Shown: positions 28,049 through 37,783, counted from the first letter of the stretch. The stretch: DNA of 64,000 bases from Candidatus Levyibacteriota bacterium (GCA_963716145.1 OY970292.1:965404-1029403); one strand, 5' to 3'. Numbers and translations are program-made. The notes: generated from the letters alone by a model not told the origin.

Positions 28049-29542
28049 TCAGACTTTTTCTGTCACTTTATATTCTAGTCTTTTATTGAACATTAGTTGA
28101 GTATGAGAAATAAGAGCAGGCAAAGAGGATAGGAAAAATCCGACTAAAGGCATAAGAAGAAATTCAAACGGGAAGAGCAATTTTTTGTAGAGTGGTAAAT
28201 TTTCTCCCTCAGGCCTATTCTTGTATTCGAGATACATCATGGCAATAAGTGCAATTAGACAAAAGTTTAGAATGAAACCGGCCATACGGGGAAGACTAAA
28301 ACCTAAAGCAGTACGTGAATACACGGGATTGACAATCGCCATAACATTCGCCGCGATGGTAATTATAAACCAATTGGTGGGCCAAAGAATGTGGTCCAGC
28401 AATACATGGTAAACTATCCCTGTTTTTCGCATAAATGGCATATCCGGTACAGTAAACCACCATTTGATAAAAAGCGGGTTATCAGAAACTCCCCATGACC
28501 AGCGTCTTTCCTGAATATATTTATTTTTGAGACTTTTGATATAGCTTGTTGATTGGGCTGCATCCATAGAAGTTTTCAGAAATATCGGCTCAACCCAAAT
28601 CTGTCCTTTCTTCATGAAAAATGATTTGAAGAATATTCGGTAGTCCTCAGGAATAACATCAGTATCCCAATAACCGACTTCTTTTAGGAGTTTAAACGAA
28701 AGGGAATATGTTGACTGGGTAATAAGTCTATCTCCCTGAACCAGAAGTGCAATACGCCAAAGGCTTCCAAAAAATGAAAGTATACGCGTGGGAGCAGGTA
28801 CCTGCCAAGTATTGGTGTGAAATACAACTGCCGACTGCCAAAATTTGTTATAGCGCTTTTTGTCTCCAAGAAATTTATAAGTGAGATAGGAAAAATATTC
28901 CTTATGGAAAAGCGAATCCGCATCAACTGATGATATAGTCGCGTAGTCAATGTCTAAATTACTTTTTCTAAATAGTTTGTCATAAGCAAGCCGCCCTGCA
29001 TATGCTTCGTTGGATGATTTACCTTTTATTTCTCCCGGAACATCAGGGTGATAGGTCGCAAATATACTCCCAAATATAGGGCTGAATTCCCTGATCAATA
29101 TTGCGGCACGTATTTTGGCTTCCGGCTCTCTTTCTTCCATGGCAAGTACAATATGCAAATTTTTTCTAGGAAAAGATTGTTTTGCCAGTACATTGAGAGT
29201 TATTCTAACTTTTTCCACCTTTTCTTTGTAGTTGGGGATTATAAGTATATGATTTACCTTTGATACATTTTTTAATTTTTTTGATTTGGCAAGCCAATTT
29301 TCTTTTTCAGCAATCTTAATTTTTTTGGATGCCAGATAAGCAGTTCTTACTAAAGAAAATGATTTATAAAACCAATAAACATCAAAAAATAAAATAAAAT
29401 ATGCAAGAAGAGTTGGGATAAAAAAAGATCCCCAAATGGGGAAAAGGATTATTGTCCAAGCCATAAATCCCGGGAAAAGCTCAAGCAATCTTCTTGTCTT
29501 AATTGGGTAACGGCTGAAGACTTTGTTAAAGAAGTTGGTCAT
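28049..29542 (-). CDS. membrane-embedded glycosyltransferase family 2-like protein
   Basis: N-terminal TM helices, central GT-A-like region with acidic motifs (…ISSVDADSLF…), C-terminal TM helices. Confidence 0.5.
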   Translation of the reverse strand: MTNFFNKVFSRYPIKTRRLLELFPGFMAWTIILFPIWGSFFIPTLLAYFILFFDVYWFYKSFSLVRTAYLASKKIKIAEKENWLAKSKKLKNVSKVNHILIIPNYKEKVEKVRITLNVLAKQSFPRKNLHIVLAMEEREPEAKIRAAILIREFSPIFGSIFATYHPDVPGEIKGKSSNEAYAGRLAYDKLFRKSNLDIDYATISSVDADSLFHKEYFSYLTYKFLGDKKRYNKFWQSAVVFHTNTWQVPAPTRILSFFGSLWRIALLVQGDRLITQSTYSLSFKLLKEVGYWDTDVIPEDYRIFFKSFFMKKGQIWVEPIFLKTSMDAAQSTSYIKSLKNKYIQERRWSWGVSDNPLFIKWWFTVPDMPFMRKTGIVYHVLLDHILWPTNWFIITIAANVMAIVNPVYSRTALGFSLPRMAGFILNFCLIALIAMMYLEYKNRPEGENLPLYKKLLFPFEFLLMPLVGFFLSSLPALISHTQLMFNKRLEYKVTEKV

Positions 29543-29556
29543 AGTTTTAAATAAAT

Positions 29557-30366
29557 TTACTTTTCTAATTTAATAAATAATTTATATACATTATCATCCG
29601 TTTGCTGCGCCAATTTTTCCAGTGTTACACCTTTTAATTTAGCTATAAATTCTGCTGTAATTATAGCATGTTTGGGTTCATTTCGCTTGCCTCTGAAAGG
29701 AATGGGAGTTAAATAAGGGCTATCTGTTTCAATTACAATCCGCTCGAGCGGTGTGAGCTGGGCAAGCTCCGTGAGAGTAACTGTTTCACCGGGGGCTAAG
29801 CCTTTGTAAGTAATATTCCCGTCAAACCCGATATAGAAACCCATCTGCAGAGCAGACTTCAGAGTTTCTGTATTGCCTGCGAAACAATGGAACATGCCTG
29901 GGGTGTTTAGCAGCAGATGTTTATGCTCTTTCAAAATTTTTAAAATGTCCGCTCCTGCATGGCGGTTATGAATTTGAAGAGGAAGTTTCAATTTATGTGC
30001 GAGTTCTATTTGCTCAATGAATATCTTTTTTTGAAGGGTAGGATCTACTATACCGTTTGATTGATATGAATAGTAATCCAATCCTATTTCGCCAATTGCA
30101 AGAACTTTTTTATTTACAGCGAGTTTTTCAAGTTGCTCAATCCAATCCGATTTGAGGTCATGCTTGTCGGCATGATGTGGATGAACACCTATAATTGCAA
30201 ATATTTTGTCATATTTTTCCGCAAGTTCTACTGCTTTTTGGCTTGATTCAATTCTGGTCCCGACGTTTATAATTTTGGTTAAACCAGAGGAAAACGCGTC
30301 CTTGATGACTGAATCATAATCACTTTCAAAAGCTTGAAATTGTAAATGGCAATGGACATCTATCAT
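29557..30366 (-). CDS. tatD: TatD-family metal-dependent hydrolase/DNase
   Basis: MIDVHCHLQFQAF… and …GVHPHHA…IGEIGLDY… histidine motifs. Confidence 0.8.
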   Translation of the reverse strand: MIDVHCHLQFQAFESDYDSVIKDAFSSGLTKIINVGTRIESSQKAVELAEKYDKIFAIIGVHPHHADKHDLKSDWIEQLEKLAVNKKVLAIGEIGLDYYSYQSNGIVDPTLQKKIFIEQIELAHKLKLPLQIHNRHAGADILKILKEHKHLLLNTPGMFHCFAGNTETLKSALQMGFYIGFDGNITYKGLAPGETVTLTELAQLTPLERIVIETDSPYLTPIPFRGKRNEPKHAIITAEFIAKLKGVTLEKLAQQTDDNVYKLFIKLEK

Positions 30367-30470
30367 AAATAATTTTCAATTTTCAATTTTCAATTTGAAA
30401 TAAAATCTAAATTTTAAAAATTACGTCATTGAAAATTCAATGAAAATTTCAAATTTCGAATTAAAAATTA
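30367..30470. repeat. AT-rich intergenic motif family member (TTTTCAA x3 … TTGAAAATTCAATGAAAATT)
   Basis: aattttcaattttcaattttcaatttgaaa…cattgaaaattcaatgaaaatttcaaatttcgaattaaaaatt. Shares a 20-mer with 57231-57250. Confidence 0.7.
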
Positions 30471-30499
30471 TAATCGTGGAAACAAAGATTTCTGTGAAA

Positions 30500-31906
30500 C
30501 TATTTTTGGCCCTTAAACTGCTTTGTTATTTTGTTTGAAGTTGCGGGCATGAACGGCTGGAGAAGAATTGCCATTTCCTGTATTTGATCCACGCAATGGG
30601 CAAGAACACTTTTACATCGTCCAGGATCAGTTTTTAGCAATTCCCAAGGCTTCTCCTCATTAATAAATTGATCAACCTTTGTAATTTTCCTCCAAATAAA
30701 AGCCAGCGCGTCATTGAATTTGTATTCAGAAAGTGCCTTGGCGTACGTTTCATCAGTTAAAACGTGTTCTGCAGTTCCGGTTTTTGATCCCATTTCTGTA
30801 AAATCGGTTGTTTCACACAATTTGGCAACTCTGGCAACAAGATTCCCCAAGCCATTGGCAAGATCAGCATTATAAACTTCTTTAAACCTGCTGATTGAAA
30901 AATCTCCGTCATCAAACGGCGGAATTTCTCGGAGTAGATAATATCTGAGAGCATCGGTTCCATATTCTTTAACAAGATCAAAAGGATTTACAACATTTCC
31001 CAGACTTTTACTCATCTTTTGTCCCTCGCTTTGTATGAATCCATGGATCAAAATTTGTCTTGAGGGTTCAACTCCGGCTGACATCAGCATAGCCTGCCAC
31101 ATTGCTGATTGCTGTCTAAGATTGTCTTTTCCTGCCAATTGAATAACAGGCCAGTATGATTTGAACTTTTGCAAATCTTTTGGCCAGCCTATTGCCGAAA
31201 TATAATTTACCAACGCGTCAAACCAAACATACATCACATGGTCGTCATCAGATGGGACTTGTACACCCCAAGGCATTTTGTTTTTAAGACGGGATATGCT
31301 GAAGTCCTCAAGTCCGTTTTTCACAAATGATTTTATTTCATTAAAGCGGAAATCAGGAAGTACAAAGCTTGGTCTTTGTTTGTAGAGATCCAATAGTGGC
31401 TGTTGATATTTTGAAAAGCGGAAAAAGTAATTTTCCTCATCAATAATCTCTACATCAAGATTGGGGTGGACCGGACATTTGCCGTCCGTAAGTTCCGAAT
31501 CGGTTTTCTCAAGCTCGCAACCTACACAGTATTTTATTTTATACGCTTTTTTGTAAATATCTCCGTTTGCTTCGCACCTTTTCCAGAATTCCTGCGCCGC
31601 TTCTTTATGAGCAGGATTTGTGGTTCTGATAAAATTTATGTCATCGACTAGACCCAATACTTCTTTGAGGTCTTTAAATTTTTCCGCGTACTCATCAACA
31701 TATTTTTGCGTATCTTTTTTACTTTCCTGAGCTTTTCTGTGGATTTTCAATCCATGCTCATCTGTGCCCGTGTTGAAAAAAACGTCATGACCCTGAGCTC
31801 TCAAATTACGCACGATAGTATCTGCCTGAACTATTTCAAGAGCAAAACCGATGTGAGGATCAGCGTTAACATAAGGAAGAGTGGTGGTGATATAAAATTT
31901 GGCCAT
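30500..31906 (-). CDS. metG: methionine--tRNA ligase (MetRS), short form without a C-terminal tRNA-binding domain
   Basis: …TTTLPYVNADPHIGFALEIVQADTIVR… (HIGH), Zn-knuckle cysteines (CVGCE…C), KMSKSLGN. Confidence 0.9.
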   Translation of the reverse strand: MAKFYITTTLPYVNADPHIGFALEIVQADTIVRNLRAQGHDVFFNTGTDEHGLKIHRKAQESKKDTQKYVDEYAEKFKDLKEVLGLVDDINFIRTTNPAHKEAAQEFWKRCEANGDIYKKAYKIKYCVGCELEKTDSELTDGKCPVHPNLDVEIIDEENYFFRFSKYQQPLLDLYKQRPSFVLPDFRFNEIKSFVKNGLEDFSISRLKNKMPWGVQVPSDDDHVMYVWFDALVNYISAIGWPKDLQKFKSYWPVIQLAGKDNLRQQSAMWQAMLMSAGVEPSRQILIHGFIQSEGQKMSKSLGNVVNPFDLVKEYGTDALRYYLLREIPPFDDGDFSISRFKEVYNADLANGLGNLVARVAKLCETTDFTEMGSKTGTAEHVLTDETYAKALSEYKFNDALAFIWRKITKVDQFINEEKPWELLKTDPGRCKSVLAHCVDQIQEMAILLQPFMPATSNKITKQFKGQK

Positions 31907-32004
31907 ACTAGCTAGAAAATTGTACCAGAGGCAGGGGACTTAGACAAGGAGTTAAGCATGAGGAGGTTTTTTCTTCAAAAACGAACCATAAGACAAATTT
32001 AAAT

Positions 32005-32175
32005 TCATCTATATTGTCTTGCACTGCGCAATCTCTGTTCCAAATTTTTTCTACGATCAAATAATTCAGTAGGAACAGCTTGCCCCGTCCTTTCAAGATG
32101 TTTTATTCTTCTCAAGACGTTTCTAGCTTCTGCTAGTGCTTGTTTGCTTCTAATTCCTTCTCTAGTATTATTCAT
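32005..32175 (-). CDS. small basic protein (56 aa), possibly ribosomal protein bS21-like
   Basis: Not on the ORF track, which lists a wrong-frame ORF here. Translation: MNNTREGIRSKQALAEARNVLRRIKHLERTGQAVPTELFDRRKNLEQRLRSARQYR, Arg/Lys-rich with an …LRR(I/F)K… core reminiscent of bS21. Lies upstream of and co-oriented with metG. Confidence 0.3.
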   Translation of the reverse strand: MNNTREGIRSKQALAEARNVLRRIKHLERTGQAVPTELFDRRKNLEQRLRSARQYR

Positions 32176-32249
32176 TTATTTACTAATTTAATTCTTCAAT
32201 TAACTTAGGATATATTCTCAAAATTGTTGATTTTGAAATTTTCTAGATA

Positions 32250-32275
32250 CAAAAAAACCTCCCAAGGGAGGTTAG
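32250..32275 (-). terminator. rho-independent terminator on the minus strand (cctccc-aag-ggagg + U7)
   Basis: Minus-strand reading: …aacctcccttgggaggttttttt…. Confidence 0.5.
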
Positions 32276-32453
32276 AAACAAAAAAATTGTTTTCCTTTGA
32301 TTTCTCTCAGGACTAATCCTTCCCGTATGGGTTGGGTTGAGCACCGTTCCAAATTTTAGTCGGTTGCTGGATGGGTCACTGAGCCAAAACTCTCGCCATC
32401 ACTCTTGATTAATTTAATCTTAACATGGGATTAAATTTTCTGCAAGGGTTAAT

Positions 32454-32789
32454 TTATTTTTTATACGCAAAAAGAAGCTCCAGTACCAGGAATAATGCCG
32501 CAAGAAGAAGTATAAAAAATGGATGAGTTAAGTTATTCAAGCAGAAAGAAAGAAAAATAACCGTAAAAACCCCAAGCAATAATCCATGTATGACACTTTT
32601 GGAAAAATATGTCGTTAATGAAAATAAAAAAAGAAAAGTCAGCAGAAAAAACAAACTGACAACAGGTAGCTGATAACCTATCAATGAAAAATTATGACTA
32701 GGAGAGAAGTAATAAATTAAAGCTGAAAGAGATATTAGACTTATTACGCCAATAAATAAAAACTTTAGCTGTCTTTTTCTTTTGTGCAT
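32454..32789 (-). CDS. small polytopic membrane protein (four TM helices), hypothetical
   Basis: 111 aa, hydrophobic. Starts 4 nt after the stop of the Cys-rich pilin-like gene, so is likely co-transcribed. Confidence 0.5.
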   Translation of the reverse strand: MHKRKRQLKFLFIGVISLISLSALIYYFSPSHNFSLIGYQLPVVSLFFLLTFLFLFSLTTYFSKSVIHGLLLGVFTVIFLSFCLNNLTHPFFILLLAALFLVLELLFAYKK

Positions 32790-32792
32790 ACA

Positions 32793-33509
32793 TTATGGGT
32801 TAATTAATGGGATTCGCAGTATGCTAACTCCAATTAGCTCAAGGAAAACGAAAGCGAAGATCAAGAACAGCAGTCCGACAATCGCAGCAATCAACTGGTC
32901 CCGTCCCTCTTTTACCGCTTCAGGTTTGCCTTCTGATGTCATTATCTTAAAACCGGCCCTCATCAATAGGAGTAGCGCTACTGCCCCTGAGCCGGCGAGA
33001 ATTATAGCAAAGACCGATGCAATAAATTCTCCGGGGTTAGTTCTTAGCCCCCCGACTCCAGTATAAAATTGTGGACATTTTCCATCCTTCAAGTCTTGGG
33101 CGCATGGTGGTTTAGGGGGAGGAGGCTGAGGAATGTCTTCATCACCAGGATAAACGCAAATTTTTCCCAGTAATTTTATTTCTTTACATTCAAGTCTCGT
33201 CTTATCCGGGTCCTCACCGCAGTCCGCACCATTGTCACAAGCGTCTCCAGGATTGCCGAGCGGAAGACAGGCATGTTTGTCGAAACCTCGTTTTATTTCT
33301 CTGCAAGAAACTTTGGGATACTTAGAATCTGGAACACAGACTTCGTCTTTGTCGCATCCATCTCCTACTTTTGCAGCGTAGCTTTTGGGTAAATCTATAG
33401 AAGAGAAGAGGAGCAGAGCAATAAAAAAGATAATACCTGTAAAAAAATTCTTTTTCATCTTTTTAGCATTGCAAATTGCAAGAAAAATTGCAATAGGGCT
33501 TGACAACAT
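32793..33509 (-). CDS. secreted Cys-rich ectodomain fused to a C-terminal two-TM 'pilin-like' module (paralog of 37837..38136)
   Basis: Signal peptide, a ~150-aa domain with ≥14 Cys plus a Pro-rich linker (PQPPPPKPP), then a C-terminus (…GAVALLLLMRAGFKIMTSEGKPEAVKEGRDQLIAAIVGLLFLIFAFVFLELIGVSILRIP) clearly alignable with the 99-aa protein. Confidence 0.6.
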   Translation of the reverse strand: MLSSPIAIFLAICNAKKMKKNFFTGIIFFIALLLFSSIDLPKSYAAKVGDGCDKDEVCVPDSKYPKVSCREIKRGFDKHACLPLGNPGDACDNGADCGEDPDKTRLECKEIKLLGKICVYPGDEDIPQPPPPKPPCAQDLKDGKCPQFYTGVGGLRTNPGEFIASVFAIILAGSGAVALLLLMRAGFKIMTSEGKPEAVKEGRDQLIAAIVGLLFLIFAFVFLELIGVSILRIPLINP

Positions 33510-33536
33510 TTGGCACTCGTGCTATATTATTGCTAA
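33500..33536 (+). promoter_or_regulatory. sigma70-like promoter (TTGACA-17-TATATT) overlapped by a degenerate CIRCE-like inverted repeat
   Basis: ttgaca at 33500-05, tatatt at 33524-29. ttggcactc-N9-tattgctaa (33510-33536) versus the CIRCE consensus TTAGCACTC-N9-GAGTGCTAA. The ATG of hrcA lies 12 nt after the -10 element. Confidence 0.45.
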
Positions 33537-33541
33537 TTCAC

Positions 33542-34273
33542 ATGCATAATTTAACCCAAAGACAGATAGAGATACTACGTAGCATTATTGAAGAGTATAT
33601 TGAAACAGCAGAGGCGGTTGGATCTGAAACTATTGAAAAAAAGCACAATTTAAGCGCAAGTCCAGCAACGATCCGTAATGAAATGGTTAAGTTGGCAGAA
33701 TACGGATATATAAAAAAAACTCACTCTTCGGCAGGGCGTGTCCCTACAGGCTCAGGTCTTAAATTTTATGTACGTGAGCTGATGAAGGAAAAAGAACTAT
33801 CAACAGTTGAGGAAGTTGCTCTTAAAGAAAAAGTTTGGGATTATCGTGAGAAAATGCAGCGTTTTTTAAAAGAAACAACCAAGTCGCTTGCTACTAAAAC
33901 CAATGCTCTTGCCATAGCCACAACCAATGATGGAGATATCTTTTGTTCAGGGTACGCAAATATTTTGGAAATGCCGGAATTTTTTGATATTGATGTAACC
34001 AAGAATTTATTGGAAGCACTTGATGAATATGACTGTTTTGAAAATATTTTTGCAAATACTCAGGGCGGATCGGAAATTCATGTTTTGATAGAAGATGAAC
34101 TTGGCGAAAGCCTGCGTGGTCCTTATGGATTTATCTTCACAGAATATGCAACACCTTTGAATATTCATGGGAGAATTGGTGTATTGGGACCAGCACGCCT
34201 TGCTTATACATCAATAATTCCAACTGTCCGTTATTTTGGAGAAATGATAAGGGAAAGCGCGAAGGGATGGTAA
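33542..34273 (+). CDS. hrcA: heat-inducible transcription repressor HrcA (short, ~243 aa)
   Basis: N-terminal wHTH (LTQRQIEILRSIIEEYIETAEAVGSETI…SPATIRNEMVKLAEYGYIKKTHSSAGRVPT). Start moved to MHNLTQ to fit the promoter. Confidence 0.75.
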   Translation: MHNLTQRQIEILRSIIEEYIETAEAVGSETIEKKHNLSASPATIRNEMVKLAEYGYIKKTHSSAGRVPTGSGLKFYVRELMKEKELSTVEEVALKEKVWDYREKMQRFLKETTKSLATKTNALAIATTNDGDIFCSGYANILEMPEFFDIDVTKNLLEALDEYDCFENIFANTQGGSEIHVLIEDELGESLRGPYGFIFTEYATPLNIHGRIGVLGPARLAYTSIIPTVRYFGEMIRESAKGW

Positions 34274-34274
34274 A

Positions 34275-34325
34275 CGAAGTTCAAAATTCAAATTGCAAAA
34301 TTCAAAATTACAATTAAAAATTAAA
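34275..34325. repeat. AT-rich intergenic motif family member (CAAAATTCAAA / AATTAAAAATT)
   Basis: gttcaaaattcaaattgcaaaattcaaaattacaattaaaaattaaaaatg immediately upstream of grpE. Confidence 0.6.
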
Positions 34326-34326
34326 A

Positions 34327-34827
34327 ATGACTAAAAAAGACATAAAAAATGAAGAAGAGAAGCTTGATGAAACAGAAGAAATTGAGGAAAACACAGAAGA
34401 CAGTGAACTTGAACAATTAAAAGTAAAGCTGGAATCAGCAGATGACAGCTACAAAAGAGCGCTTGCTGATTATCAAAATTTGCAGAAAAGAGTAAGTGAT
34501 GAAAGACGAGATCTGATATTGGCGGCCAATAGAGATTTGCTCTTGCGAATTCTTTCTGTTTTGGATACACTGGTTCTTGCAAACAAGCATGACGAGAGCG
34601 AAGGTTTGAAAGTCGCTATTAAGCAATTTGAAGATATACTAAAGTCAGAAGGTGTTACAAAAGTAGAAACTAAAGGATTAGAGTTTGATCCTCAATTTAT
34701 GGAAGCTGTAGCAATTGATTCTGGGGAGGAAAATAAAGTTTTAGAAGAAATGCGTTCAGGATTTATGTTAAACGATAAAGTTCTGAGACCGGCGCAAGTG
34801 AAAGTAGGTTCTGCAAAGCAGAATTAG
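34327..34827 (+). CDS. grpE: nucleotide exchange factor GrpE
   Basis: Acidic N-terminus, coiled coil (…DSYKRALADYQNLQKR…) and a C-terminal beta domain. Confidence 0.85.
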   Translation: MTKKDIKNEEEKLDETEEIEENTEDSELEQLKVKLESADDSYKRALADYQNLQKRVSDERRDLILAANRDLLLRILSVLDTLVLANKHDESEGLKVAIKQFEDILKSEGVTKVETKGLEFDPQFMEAVAIDSGEENKVLEEMRSGFMLNDKVLRPAQVKVGSAKQN

Positions 34828-34839
34828 GAGGAATAAATT

Positions 34840-36759
34840 ATGGGAAAAATAATAGGAATAGATTTAGGAACAACAAATTCAGCAATGGCTGTGATGGAAG
34901 GTGGGTCACCTAAGGTTATCCATTCGGCCGAGGGACGAAACACTGTACCATCTGTTGTTGACCCGATCGCGCATATTGTTGGCGATGTGGCAAAGCGTCA
35001 AATGGCTCTTAAGCCAAAACGCACAATTTTTTCAATAAAAAGATTAATCGGGCGTAAATTTAGCGATAAGACCGTACAGGGGGATATAAAATGGCTTCCG
35101 TATACTGTTAAGGCAGGACGCGACGATATGGCCGTTGTTGAGGTTGAGGGAAAGACTTTTACTCCTCAGGAAATTTCAGCTCAAATTCTGCAGAAGATTA
35201 AAGCGGATGCTGAGGCATATCTTGGGGAAAAGGTAACCCAAGCAGTTATCACAGTTCCTGCATATTTTGATGACAGTGAGCGTCAGGCAACCAAGCAGGC
35301 TGGGGAAATCGCTGGACTTGAAGTTTTGCGTATCATTAATGAGCCAACAGCTGCAGCCCTCGCGTATGGTTTGGATAAAAAGAATGCGCACACCATCGCG
35401 GTTTACGACTTGGGTGGAGGAACTTTTGATATCTCAATTCTTGAATTAGGGGATGGTGTCTATCAAGTTAAATCCACAAACGGTGATACGCATCTTGGCG
35501 GAGACGATTTTGACCAGAAGATTATAAATTACTTGGCAGATGAATTCCAGAAAGAAAACGGAATTGATCTAAGAAAAGACCCTCAAGCCCTACAAAGACT
35601 TAAGGAGTCTGCCGAAAAAGCAAAGATTGAGCTTTCAAGTAGTCAGGAGGCATCCATTAACCAGCCCTTTATAACTCAGGGAAAAGACGGCCCTTTACAT
35701 CTGACTATGAGTTTGTCCAGATCCAAACTTGAGCAAATTGTTGATGACCTGATCCAAAAAACACTAACGCCTCTTGAAAAAGCAATAAAAGACGCAGGGG
35801 TAAAAGTTGCGGATGTTAATGAGGTAATTATGGTAGGCGGTATGACCCGTATGCCAAAGATAGTTGAGGTTGTTGAGAAATTCTTTGGGAAAGAAGCTAA
35901 TCGGTCAGTAAATCCAGATGAAGTTGTGGCAATCGGTGCTGCCGTTCAGGCCGGAGTTTTGGGTGGTGAGGTGAAAGACGTTTTGCTTTTGGACGTCACG
36001 CCATTGACGCTTGGGATTGAAACTCTCGGAAGTGTCTCAACACCATTGATCGAGCGGAACACAACTATCCCAACCAGTAAATCTCAAGTTTTCTCAACAG
36101 CCGCAGATAACCAAACGCAAGTTGAAATTAACGTTCTTCAGGGTGAGCGCCCAATGGCAGCTGACAACAAGTCGCTTGGACGGTTTATCTTAGAGGGAAT
36201 TCCACCCGCCCCAAGAGGTGTACCACAGGTTGAGGTAACATTTGATATTGATGCAAATGGTATTTTAAATGTCTCGGCAAAAGACAAGGCAACCGGTAAA
36301 GAAAACAAAATCCAAATTACAGGAAGCACCGGTCTTTCCAAGGAAGAAGTTGAAAAAATGACCAAAGATGCGGAAATGAACGCAAAAGAAGATGAAGAGA
36401 AGAAAGAAAAGATTGAGGCTCGAAATCACGCTGATTCACTCATATTTACCGCTGAAAAATCTTTGAAGGATGCAGGAGACAAAGTCGCACCTGAAATAAA
36501 AACAGAAGTTGAAGAAAAGATAAAAGCATTGAAAGATATTTTGGATAGCGGATCAAAAGAAGAGCTTGAAGCAAAAACCAATGAACTTTCAGAATCTCTT
36601 CAGAAAATAGGCCAAGCCGCATATCAACAAGGGCAGCAAGCGCAAACTCAGGAGGAAATTGAGAAAGAAGAGAAAGAGGGAAAAACTGACGACGCAACAG
36701 ATTCAGATAAGGACAAGAAAGATAAGGAAGAACCGGTTGAGGGAGAGGTTGTAGAATAA
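34840..36759 (+). CDS. dnaK: molecular chaperone DnaK (Hsp70)
   Basis: GIDLGTTNS…, [16 protein letters not shown], …EVEKM…, acidic C-terminal tail. Confidence 0.95.
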   Translation: MGKIIGIDLGTTNSAMAVMEGGSPKVIHSAEGRNTVPSVVDPIAHIVGDVAKRQMALKPKRTIFSIKRLIGRKFSDKTVQGDIKWLPYTVKAGRDDMAVVEVEGKTFTPQEISAQILQKIKADAEAYLGEKVTQAVITVPAYFDDSERQATKQAGEIAGLEVLRIINEPTAAALAYGLDKKNAHTIAVYDLGGGTFDISILELGDGVYQVKSTNGDTHLGGDDFDQKIINYLADEFQKENGIDLRKDPQALQRLKESAEKAKIELSSSQEASINQPFITQGKDGPLHLTMSLSRSKLEQIVDDLIQKTLTPLEKAIKDAGVKVADVNEVIMVGGMTRMPKIVEVVEKFFGKEANRSVNPDEVVAIGAAVQAGVLGGEVKDVLLLDVTPLTLGIETLGSVSTPLIERNTTIPTSKSQVFSTAADNQTQVEINVLQGERPMAADNKSLGRFILEGIPPAPRGVPQVEVTFDIDANGILNVSAKDKATGKENKIQITGSTGLSKEEVEKMTKDAEMNAKEDEEKKEKIEARNHADSLIFTAEKSLKDAGDKVAPEIKTEVEEKIKALKDILDSGSKEELEAKTNELSESLQKIGQAAYQQGQQAQTQEEIEKEEKEGKTDDATDSDKDKKDKEEPVEGEVVE

Positions 36760-36764
36760 ATTTC

Positions 36765-36850
36765 CAATAATTACCAATTTCAAATATCCAATTCCCAAGA
36801 CGTTTATTTGATATTTGCAATTTGAAATTAGAAATTTGTAATTCAAAAGA
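36765..36850. repeat. AT-rich intergenic motif family member (CAATTTCAAAT / GCAATTTGAAATTAGAAATTTG)
   Basis: Low-complexity A/T run with CAA/TTG periodicity between dnaK and dnaJ. Confidence 0.5.
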
Positions 36851-36852
36851 GC

Positions 36853-36876
36853 GCTAAAGGCGCTTTTTTAGTATAA
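36853..36876 (+). terminator. short hairpin + U-tract (agcgc-taaag-gcgct-tttttt) between dnaK and dnaJ
   Basis: 5-bp GC stem followed by six T's, 8 nt before the dnaJ start; a weak or partial terminator. Confidence 0.35.
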
Positions 36877-36883
36877 TTAACCT

Positions 36884-37762
36884 ATGGCAGACAAAAATTA
36901 CTACACAGTTTTAGGCGTTTCCAAAACTGCTTCAGCGGACGAGATTAAAAAAGCTTACCGTAAGCTTGCTTTGGAATTTCATCCAGACCGCAACAAATCA
37001 AAAGAGGCAGATGCTAAGTTTAAAGAAGTCACCAAAGCATATGAAGTGCTATCAGATGAAGGGAAAAGAAAAACTTATGATCAGGTAGGCCACGCGGGAT
37101 TTGAGCAGGGAGGATTCGGCGGAGCCGGAGGTGGGCCATTTGGCGGCGGCCAGGGTGGGCAGCAAGGCGGACAATACGGACCATTCAGTTATACCTATTC
37201 ACAAGGGGGAAATGGGGCAAATTTTGATTTTGGAGGATTCTCCGACCCATTTGAGATATTTGAACAGTTTTTTGGCGGTGCGTCTCCTTTTGGCCAACGT
37301 CAGCGCCGTCCTGCGTATTCAGTAAAAATTAGTTTTGATGAAGCAGTGCATGGAGTTGAAAAACAGGTAAGTATAGACGGAAAATCACAGAAAATAAAAA
37401 TTCCTCCGGGTGTGGACCGCGGACAACGGATGCGTTTTGGGGATTATGATGCGGTGATAGATGTTACACCTGACAAGCGTTTTGCCAGGGAGGGCTATGA
37501 CATTATAACTGAGAAGGAAATTTCATTCCCCCAAGCAGCACTTGGAGGAGAAATATCGGTTGACACAGTTGATGGCGATGTGAAAATTCGTATTCCTGCC
37601 GGGACACAGCCTGAGACATTGATCCGGCTCGCCGGGCGGGGAATAAAACACCTGCAGTCAAATGGACATGGTGATCACTACCTAAAAATAAAAGTTACAG
37701 TCCCTAAAAAATTGAACAAACAACAAAAAGAGCTGCTCGAACAGCTTGAAAACGCTAAATAA
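36884..37762 (+). CDS. dnaJ: DnaJ-family co-chaperone (J domain + G/F-rich region + C-terminal substrate domains; no CxxCxGxG zinc finger)
   Basis: J domain with HPD (…[13 protein letters not shown]…), a G/F-rich linker, and no cysteine repeats, giving type II/CbpA-like architecture. Confidence 0.8.
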   Translation: MADKNYYTVLGVSKTASADEIKKAYRKLALEFHPDRNKSKEADAKFKEVTKAYEVLSDEGKRKTYDQVGHAGFEQGGFGGAGGGPFGGGQGGQQGGQYGPFSYTYSQGGNGANFDFGGFSDPFEIFEQFFGGASPFGQRQRRPAYSVKISFDEAVHGVEKQVSIDGKSQKIKIPPGVDRGQRMRFGDYDAVIDVTPDKRFAREGYDIITEKEISFPQAALGGEISVDTVDGDVKIRIPAGTQPETLIRLAGRGIKHLQSNGHGDHYLKIKVTVPKKLNKQQKELLEQLENAK

Positions 37763-37783
37763 GAATATCTCCTTATCTTCAAA

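Noticed and set aside
31908-32096. 62-aa minus-strand ORF on the track (MKGRGKLFLLNYLIVEK…)
   Set aside because: An alternative frame in the same interval encodes a more plausible 56-aa Arg/Lys-rich protein (32005..32175) with a proper ATG and operonic position before metG. The listed ORF is hydrophobic junk in the wrong frame.
32262-32450. SRP (4.5S) RNA, tmRNA or RNase P RNA in the unannotated gap
   Set aside because: On both strands I could not find the domain-IV GGAA-tetraloop/AGCAGCC context, the tmRNA tag-coding or acceptor features, or the RNase P P4 motifs. Reported only as a generic sRNA candidate.
33500-33541. Track start of hrcA at 33500 (MTTFGTRAILLLIHMHNLTQ…)
   Set aside because: The upstream 42 nt coincide with the promoter -35/-10 and the CIRCE-like element. 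The conserved HrcA N-terminus begins at the MHNLTQ Met (33542).
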